From Chloroflexota bacterium (GTDB taxonomy: Bacteria > Chloroflexota > Anaerolineae > Aggregatilineales > Phototrophicaceae): a stretch of 38,595 nucleotides of DNA. The stretch is from positions 1-38,595 of the forward strand of contig JBCCQC010000001.1 in the NCBI GenBank assembly GCA_039024535.1, given 5' to 3'. Below the pieces are notes generated by a model, which worked only from the letters and a program-made list of their open reading frames with translations, did not search any database and was not told where the DNA came from. The position numbers were made by a program, and so were the translations under genes. Positions 32,478 through 38,595 of this stretch are shown in pieces (within the stretch, counting starts at the first letter, position 1; the number at the start of each line of letters is the position of its first letter).

Positions 32478-32707
32478 TGCTGGCGGTGAAGGCTCCCGGC
32501 ATGGTGACGTTTCCGCCGGAGATGTCCGAACTCATCAACGAGGCGCAGTTCCTGCTCATCACGGGCTGGACACATGACGAGTATGAGGCCACGCCGGTAG
32601 ACGTTCGGGACGCGGTCTGGCAGGTGCATCAGGCACAGCAGGACATCAAGCAGTGGCAGCAGCAGCAGGCGGCAAAGAAAGCGAAGGCGAGGCGGCGGGG
32701 TCGATAG
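32103..32707 (+). CDS. Predicted G-T fusion chaperone made by a -1 frameshift at 32456-32462
   Basis: After the slip, reading resumes at 32462: ...HPAGK/IRDALVLAVKAPGMVTFPPEMSELINEAQFLL...KARRRGR. Confidence 0.6.
32456..32462 (+). promoter_or_regulatory. -1 programmed frameshift slippery heptamer G_GGA_AAA
   Basis: In the zero frame it reads gcG GGA AAA. The -1 frame is open from 32438 through 32707. Lambda G/GT uses GGGAAAG. Confidence 0.7.
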
Positions 32708-32725
32708 CCCCGCAGAAAGTGACTT

Positions 32726-35080
32726 ATGGCAACCGAGGTTGCGTCTTTATTCGGGACGCTGAGTTTAAGGGATGACGGGTTTAACGCGGGGTTGCGGTCA
32801 GCAGACCAGAACCTGAGCGGCCTTGATTCACGCCTCAAGACTGTGGGTGGCAACATTGCCGCGTTCGGCGGTGCTGTATCGCTGGGGTTGACCACGCCTA
32901 TTCTCGCAGCCGGGGCAGCTGCTACTAAAACCGCCATTGACATGGAAAGCGCGTTTACGGGTGTCATCAAGACCGTTGATGCAACGGACGAGGAAATCGC
33001 CACGCTGCGCAGTCAACTCAACAGCATGGCTACGGACATGGACAGCCCGGTAGCGGCGCTGGAAAATGCACACCTGGAACTGTTCCAGATTGCTGAAGCG
33101 GCGGGCCAGTTGGGTGTAGCTGTTGAAGATATTGATGAGTTCTCCGAAACTGTAGCAATGCTGGCAATGACAACAGACATTGCCGCACAGGATGGCGCGA
33201 TGGCTCTCGCGCAGTTTGCTAACATAACGCAATTTCCAACAAATGAGGCCGCGCGACTTGGCGATGTGATTGCCGATCTGGGTAACAACAGTGCAACGAC
33301 AGAAAGCCAGATTCTCGAAATGGGCAAACGCATTGCAACACTTTCGAGTCTTGGAATGGACGAAGCTGAGTTACTGGGTTTTTCGGCAGCAATTTCATCT
33401 GTTGGTATCAGCGCTGAATTAGGCGGGACAAATTTCACTAAAGGCGTTAACGATATTATTGTTAATGCGCGGCTGGGCAATGACTCGCTCAAAATCCTTG
33501 CAGACGCAAGCGGGATTACCGCTGATGAATTCCAGAGGTTGGCGAATGAAAGCCCAACTGGTGCAATTATGGAATTCATACGCGGCCTTGAGCAGATGGA
33601 AGCAACAGAACGCATAACAGTGCTTGAGGATCTGGGGATAACGGCACAGGAAACCCAACGTGTATTTTTGTCGCTGGCCGGTAACACAGAACTGGTAGCC
33701 GATTCGCTGAACATTGCCGGGGAAGCGTTTACCGGGAACGGGGCGTTGATGACAGAGGCTCAGACGCGAGCGGGTACCACAGCCAGCCAGTTCAACATCC
33801 TGCGCAACAATGTGAACCAGCTTGCCAGTGTATTTGGTGAAGTGCTATTGCCACCCATTAACCGCTTTCTGCCAATCGCAACGGCTGTGATTGCCAGCAT
33901 AGGTGAAATGAACCCGATGTTTGTACAGGCTACGGTTGTAGGGTTGGGCCTCGCGGCGTCCATAGGGCCGATTATCACGGTTGTGGGCGGACTGACAACA
34001 GCTATCGGGTTACTCATGGGGCCGCTGGGGCTGGCGGTTGCTGGCGTGGCTGCGTTTGCCCTCGCATGGAAGACGGATTTCATGGGCATTCGGGACGCCG
34101 TAACAGGCGTTATGGATACGATTACCCCTATTATCCAGGACACTATACAGATGTTTCGGATTCAGTGGGGGCGTGCTGGTGGAGATGTCGGGAATTTCTT
34201 CACGATTTTCGAAGACGGTTCCTCGCGTTTCGGTGAAGTCTTGAGTACGTTGTTTGGCATATCGAGCGATAGAATGCAGGCTATTGGCCTCGCATTCCTT
34301 GGTGCGCGTGATAGATTCAATGACTTCAAGACGGTGCTTGCAACTGCATGGGATGCTGTATCGCCAGCCCTGCAACAAATCGGGGCATGGTTCACTGAAA
34401 CGGCGCTACCGACTGCCATGAGTTTTATAACCGACACAGCATTACCTGCTATCACAAAGTACTTTAATTTTGTGGCTGGTATCTGGATACTCACAGGGGC
34501 CGCCCTTGCTAAATTTGGTGAGTGGTTTACGACCAGTGTGCTACCAGTGGTTATTGATGTGGTCAATGATGGCCGGGAGCAGGTTGGCAAGTTCATTAAC
34601 CTCATTGGCATAATTGGCAACGCGGTTGCTGAGCCTATGAGAGTGCTTAAAGATAATGTACTGGGTGCTGTTCAGCCGATCATTGATTCGGTTAAAGATG
34701 CAATACAGGCATTAGACGATCTGCAAGAAAAACTTACCGGGCGAGTCAGCACTGGCTTCAATGCCGGGTCTGACATTGGCGGGTTGCTGGTCAGTGGTCA
34801 AATATCACCCGGCGATGTATTCAACGCTGTTGGCTCGCAATTCAGGTTGCCCGGACGGGCCAACGGTGGCCGCGTTGACGCAGGCCAGCCGTACATGGTA
34901 GGTGAACGCGGGCCAGAGCCTTTCATCCCGGACACGGCAGGCACGATTATCCCGAACGAGATGATGGGCGGCAACACGTACAACGTCACCATCAATGCCG
35001 GAGACGGTGCCAGCGGGCGCACGCTGGCAGATGAATTCATGCGCGAGATCAGCAGGCGAGGTGCTTATGCGTCTGGTTAG
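32726..35080 (+). CDS. Tape measure protein
   Basis: 784 aa, the largest gene. Ala/Gly-rich helical and TM-like segments. Canonical position after G/GT. Confidence 0.9.
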   Translation: MATEVASLFGTLSLRDDGFNAGLRSADQNLSGLDSRLKTVGGNIAAFGGAVSLGLTTPILAAGAAATKTAIDMESAFTGVIKTVDATDEEIATLRSQLNSMATDMDSPVAALENAHLELFQIAEAAGQLGVAVEDIDEFSETVAMLAMTTDIAAQDGAMALAQFANITQFPTNEAARLGDVIADLGNNSATTESQILEMGKRIATLSSLGMDEAELLGFSAAISSVGISAELGGTNFTKGVNDIIVNARLGNDSLKILADASGITADEFQRLANESPTGAIMEFIRGLEQMEATERITVLEDLGITAQETQRVFLSLAGNTELVADSLNIAGEAFTGNGALMTEAQTRAGTTASQFNILRNNVNQLASVFGEVLLPPINRFLPIATAVIASIGEMNPMFVQATVVGLGLAASIGPIITVVGGLTTAIGLLMGPLGLAVAGVAAFALAWKTDFMGIRDAVTGVMDTITPIIQDTIQMFRIQWGRAGGDVGNFFTIFEDGSSRFGEVLSTLFGISSDRMQAIGLAFLGARDRFNDFKTVLATAWDAVSPALQQIGAWFTETALPTAMSFITDTALPAITKYFNFVAGIWILTGAALAKFGEWFTTSVLPVVIDVVNDGREQVGKFINLIGIIGNAVAEPMRVLKDNVLGAVQPIIDSVKDAIQALDDLQEKLTGRVSTGFNAGSDIGGLLVSGQISPGDVFNAVGSQFRLPGRANGGRVDAGQPYMVGERGPEPFIPDTAGTIIPNEMMGGNTYNVTINAGDGASGRTLADEFMREISRRGAYASG

Positions 35081-35969
35081 ATTTGCCAACGAACTCGTGA
35101 ATTACACGATACCCGGTCAGGTATCCGCAACGCCGTATTTCGGCGGCACGCGCCAGCAGAGCGTGGTCACGGCGGGCATGATCGGGGCCTTCGATACCTA
35201 CGGTGATGCCCCCTTCCCGGACACAGACGAGACCGTGACGACCTCATGGTGGCTTGAGGCGGATACACCGACAGAGCTACGCACTCTGGTGGATGAGGTC
35301 TACCGGCTCAAAAGTGCCGGGTTGGGTCGATTGTTTATCGATCCGCAGAATGGCAATGCTCTGCGGTGGACTCGTGCAAAAGTTGCACGGGTTGACGCCA
35401 GCGAGAACGTTGCGGCACGGCCTCACAAACGCCTGCGCGTCACAGTGGAGTGGTATATCGCCACGCCGCGCTGGTACAGCCGCGCTGATGCAACCTACGC
35501 AGCCGATGGCAGTGAGACAATAACAACGCCACGAGTCAACGATGTGGGGCCGCTGACGAGCGGGGACACGCTGACGATTACGAACAACGGCAACGCAGAG
35601 GCGCAGGGCGTGTTTACGTTCACGCCTAAAGATGAGGGGGCGGTGTTCTTCGGTGACGGCTATCGGTTCGGTGATCCCGGCCTGTACTTCGGTTCACTGG
35701 GCGGGGGCAATGTAACCCGGCCCGGTCTGCTGCGCCGCAATGCGGCGGGAACCATTCTCCAGCGCGTGTTTTCAACAACGAGCAACCTGCCAACGCCGTA
35801 CACAGTCAACTCTGAAGATCTGACCGTAACGACATATTCAGCGTTTAATACGCTCACTGGCACATGGCTGACGATACCGCCGGGGGCAACAACCTTTGAG
35901 GCATTCACGCTCAACAGCAGCGTGTACTGGCTCACAGTTGAATTCTGGGATACATGGGTGAGTGGCTAA
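35067..35969 (+). CDS. Distal tail protein (Dit-like) candidate
   Basis: ATG at 35067 overlaps the tape measure end. 300 aa. Call is positional. Confidence 0.6.
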   Translation: MRLVRFANELVNYTIPGQVSATPYFGGTRQQSVVTAGMIGAFDTYGDAPFPDTDETVTTSWWLEADTPTELRTLVDEVYRLKSAGLGRLFIDPQNGNALRWTRAKVARVDASENVAARPHKRLRVTVEWYIATPRWYSRADATYAADGSETITTPRVNDVGPLTSGDTLTITNNGNAEAQGVFTFTPKDEGAVFFGDGYRFGDPGLYFGSLGGGNVTRPGLLRRNAAGTILQRVFSTTSNLPTPYTVNSEDLTVTTYSAFNTLTGTWLTIPPGATTFEAFTLNSSVYWLTVEFWDTWVSG

Positions 35970-36473
35970 ATGGGCACACATTTTGACGATGTTGTAGACG
36001 GGGTAACGCTGGTCAATGCCAGTCAGATGAATGCTCGGTTTAATGGTCTGGATGCGCAGATTGTCACGAATACTGATGACATCAGCGGGATGCTGGCCGG
36101 GACAACGGCATTCTCCAGTTTGAGCTTTGAAACTCCGACGCCGGGCAATCGGCAGATGGTATGGCGCACAGGATCAGCACCAGCAGGGGTGCGCTGGGTA
36201 TTGGGTGTAAATAATGCGGCGGAGTCTGGCGGGAATGCCGGGAGTGATTTTTTCTTCGCCAATTACGATGATAGCGGAGCGCTTATCAGTAACCTATGGA
36301 GCATCAATCGCGCCACCAGCGCGTTCACAATACGTGCTACTTCAGTGCGCTTCACTGGCGATAGCATCGGCTTTTTCGGGGCCGCCGCCATTGCAAAGCC
36401 AAACGTGATTGCTAACCCAACCAGCATTGCAACAGTGCTGGATCAACTGGGTTTGGCTAACTTCATATCATAA
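35970..36473 (+). CDS. Small tail/fibre-associated protein (167 aa)
   Basis: ATG directly after the upstream TAA. Gly/Ser/Asn-rich beta-like composition. Confidence 0.55.
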   Translation: MGTHFDDVVDGVTLVNASQMNARFNGLDAQIVTNTDDISGMLAGTTAFSSLSFETPTPGNRQMVWRTGSAPAGVRWVLGVNNAAESGGNAGSDFFFANYDDSGALISNLWSINRATSAFTIRATSVRFTGDSIGFFGAAAIAKPNVIANPTSIATVLDQLGLANFIS

Positions 36474-36483
36474 GGATTGAATA

Positions 36484-36855
36484 ATGGCGAAACTGACACG
36501 CATTGCGCAGATTGTGAAAAGGCACCTGACAGATGATTACACGGCGACCGTCAACGCGGCAGCAGAGGCGGCGGGCTTACCGGCGAACAGCTTCACAACC
36601 GCACAGGTTCAGTTCCTGTTCGCGTACTTTGCGGGAGACCCGCCAGTGCAGGCAGACGTGAGCGACGTGCTCGCGTGGATGAGGCAAATGACTGGCAACA
36701 TTCAGAACCTCGAAAACCTGCAAAGCCTGATTGATTCTGGCGAGGTGAACGCAGCCACACAGGAAAAAATTGCTCTACAGAATGCAATTTCTCTACTGAA
36801 AACGGCTCATACGGAAATCTACACGGAAGGTACGGCAGATGATCCGAGCGTCTAA
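36484..36855 (+). CDS. Hypothetical tail-module protein (123 aa)
   Basis: Clean ORF with ATG. Helical and acidic. Confidence 0.55.
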   Translation: MAKLTRIAQIVKRHLTDDYTATVNAAAEAAGLPANSFTTAQVQFLFAYFAGDPPVQADVSDVLAWMRQMTGNIQNLENLQSLIDSGEVNAATQEKIALQNAISLLKTAHTEIYTEGTADDPSV

Positions 36856-37069
36856 GGTTCCCCTTCATGTTGTGGTGGCGTATGCAAGATTTGTCGTCAA
36901 CACTGGCTATATGCAGTCTCCTGTGGGGACATGTGATATTGATGGTCAGGTCAACGGGCTGGTCGGTACGGAGTTGCGACCGGCAACGCCAGATATTCTG
37001 GCAAAGAGCCAGCAAATTCTTGAGCAGCACGCCGGTGAGAGCATAGAAGACGATGCGCCTGTGGATTGA
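36839..37069 (+). CDS. Hypothetical small protein (76 aa)
   Basis: Overlaps both neighbours (17 nt each). Weak support. Confidence 0.45.
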   Translation: MIRASKVPLHVVVAYARFVVNTGYMQSPVGTCDIDGQVNGLVGTELRPATPDILAKSQQILEQHAGESIEDDAPVD

Positions 37070-38595
37070 CGTATACGACCCGACCTATACCACTTTACAG
37101 GGCGATGGGCCGATACCCGTTGTCAGTGCAAAAGCGGGGCGGGCGCTGGATGGGCCTGCACGGTGCAGTGCAGTGGTACCGGCAACAGATGCGCGGGCAC
37201 TGTCGTTGTTATCCTCGCGCAGGATTGCAGAGGTATGGTACAGCTCGCCCACGGATGCGAACGGCAAACGGCTGCTATGCGCGTTCGTGATCCACAACAT
37301 TAGCTTCGCTGATGATGCACAGCGCACCATGCAGATCAACGGGGACGATGCGTTGAGCTTGCTCATCACAAAAATCACGTACCTGCGGGACACGTACAGT
37401 CAGCAATCGTTCAGCACGATTGTGAATACCCTCGAGAATATCACTGGCGCAGGCTGGGATTTCGACATCACAAATACCTTGCTGGCGTCAAAGGACATCA
37501 GCACACGCTTTGACGGCCAGACGGTATTGAAAGCGCTACAGACGCTGTGTGAGCATGAGGGCGCACACTTCAGGCTCAAGGCCGGTGAAGTTCGCACGGT
37601 CGAAATCGGCTTTTTCGGGGCGCAAACCAGCGTCCGGGTAGAAGCCTACGAAGGTGCGCCGCACACCATCAGCAACAACGCGGAACTCAGTCTCCTCAAG
37701 CGGATCAGCATCACGGAAAAGTCACAGGATATTGTGAATGCGATTTTGCCGACGGGGGCCAGCAACGGTGAGTTCTACATCGACCTCGAAGAGAGCACAC
37801 GCGGACGCAAGGTGACGACCATTCGCAATGGCGTTACCGAATACTGGCTGGAAGATGCCCCCAGCATTGCAACGTATGGCCGGATCGAACGGCGGATGAC
37901 GTTCCGTGAGATTGCGCCGGTGACGAATAGCGCGGCGGATCGGCTGGCGGCCAGTAACGTCCTGGATGACGCCGCCTATGCCGAACTGAACTGGCGAAGC
38001 CTGCCACAGACGATTTACCGGCTTGAGGCTAAAAAGGTCGATACGACAATCTCTGTAGGGGATCGGTTGCCCGTGGCGTACCGGGGCACGGTGCTGCAAG
38101 ATGGTACCGTGACGGCCACGCGCACGATAGACGGCACGTTCTGGGTATTGAGCGCAGACGAGAATGTAGGGGATGACGGGCAAACGGTAGCACTTGAGGT
38201 GTCGAACATTGACCGGCAGAGCACGGGGGTTGCGTCGGTTGTGCTGGGCACGGTGGACGCTATCGAGGTAAACGGGGTGAACGTGCAGCCGGAAGCATCA
38301 AAATGCATCTTCGGCCCGTACTATGAAGATATTGACAGTAGCACCTCTGCAACCGTTCCTATTGATCTTACATCCAGTACACTGCGTATTGTACGTGTGT
38401 ATCTGAGGTTTACCACATCGCCATTCAGGTCAAATGTGGTGGGTGCAGCGTCCGGGGGTGGTTCTACGCAAACAAGCGAATCCGGGGGTGGCTCTACGCA
38501 GACGAGTGTAGCCGGTGGCGATCATCATCACATCTTGGCTGCTGAGGTGATTGGCGCACCACCTCCTTTGAGCACCAGATACTGGGTACTTAAAG
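37053..38595 (+). CDS. N-terminal and central part of the wrap-around tail-tip protein (Tal / siphovirus Gp37-like); continues at 1..537
   Basis: ATG at 37053 gives MRLWIDVYDPTYTTLQGDG... The frame stays open to the window end. Not in the ORF track because there is no stop before the end. Confidence 0.8.
   Translation, partial: MRLWIDVYDPTYTTLQGDGPIPVVSAKAGRALDGPARCSAVVPATDARALSLLSSRRIAEVWYSSPTDANGKRLLCAFVIHNISFADDAQRTMQINGDDALSLLITKITYLRDTYSQQSFSTIVNTLENITGAGWDFDITNTLLASKDISTRFDGQTVLKALQTLCEHEGAHFRLKAGEVRTVEIGFFGAQTSVRVEAYEGAPHTISNNAELSLLKRISITEKSQDIVNAILPTGASNGEFYIDLEESTRGRKVTTIRNGVTEYWLEDAPSIATYGRIERRMTFREIAPVTNSAADRLAASNVLDDAAYAELNWRSLPQTIYRLEAKKVDTTISVGDRLPVAYRGTVLQDGTVTATRTIDGTFWVLSADENVGDDGQTVALEVSNIDRQSTGVASVVLGTVDAIEVNGVNVQPEASKCIFGPYYEDIDSSTSATVPIDLTSSTLRIVRVYLRFTTSPFRSNVVGAASGGGSTQTSESGGGSTQTSVAGGDHHHILAAEVIGAPPPLSTRYWVLK
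38451..38510 (+). repeat. Two tandem 30-nt units encoding SGGGSTQTSE / SGGGSTQTSV
   Basis: tccgggggtggttctacgcaaacaagcgaa / tccgggggtggctctacgcagacgagtgta (25/30 identical). The contig break at 38466 (= position 1) falls inside unit 1. Confidence 0.85.
38466..38595. repeat. Terminal overlap, identical to 1..130
   Basis: Same 130 nt as the window start. Either a circular-assembly overlap or a short direct terminal repeat. Confidence 0.95.

Larger units (their letters stand above)
1..38465. mobile_element. One unit length of a complete temperate tailed-phage (siphovirus-like) genome
   Basis: Full packaging, head, tail, lysogeny and replication modules are present. The window ends overlap by 130 identical nt, and a tail gene reads in frame across the junction. 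Confidence 0.85.

Noticed and set aside
37066-37290. 74-aa + strand ORF at the start of the tail-tip region
   Set aside because: It lies out of frame inside the much longer open frame from ATG 37053, which has a Tal/Gp37-like N-terminus. Its Arg/Gly-rich composition is typical of an off-frame.
1-38595. Diversity-generating retroelement, retron, or toxin-antitoxin pairs with recognisable toxin folds
   Set aside because: No reverse-transcriptase motifs (YxDD) were seen in any translation. The tail-gene repeats are short tandem units, not template/variable repeat pairs. No PIN, RelE, MazF or HipA-type motif was seen.

Overview
The window is one complete temperate, siphovirus-like tailed-phage genome of about 38,465 bp. 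Nt 1-130 are identical to nt 38466-38595, so the contig closes on itself (circular or terminally redundant). One tail gene therefore wraps around the window ends (37053..38595 continuing into 1..537).

There are three blocks:
- Late/structural operon on the + strand, 20414 -> end -> 2462: terS-like gene, a two-gene insertion, terL, portal, MuF, scaffold, major capsid, connectors, major tail, G/GT chaperones with a GGGAAAA -1 frameshift site, tape measure, tail-tip genes, then five small membrane or coiled-coil ORFs.
- Lysogeny block, 15580-20386: two tyrosine recombinases, an XRE-type repressor with back-to-back near-consensus promoters and operators, two tRNA-3'-end-like fragments, and an SH3b/Excalibur moron.
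- Long, translationally coupled early operon on the - strand, 15579 -> 2293: acidic early proteins, ParA plus a ParB-like protein, a T5orf172 protein, a replication initiator carrying a 6 x 22-bp iteron array, an SPPY-type DNA methyltransferase, an ASFV-like minimal Pol X, ASCH proteins, and a terminal cassette with its own promoter.

I found no rRNA, no intact tRNA, no CRISPR array, no reverse transcriptase and no recognisable endolysin. All domain calls rest on motifs read by eye from the translations. No database search was run. Start codons were refined by hand from SD sequences and ATGA/TGATG overlaps.
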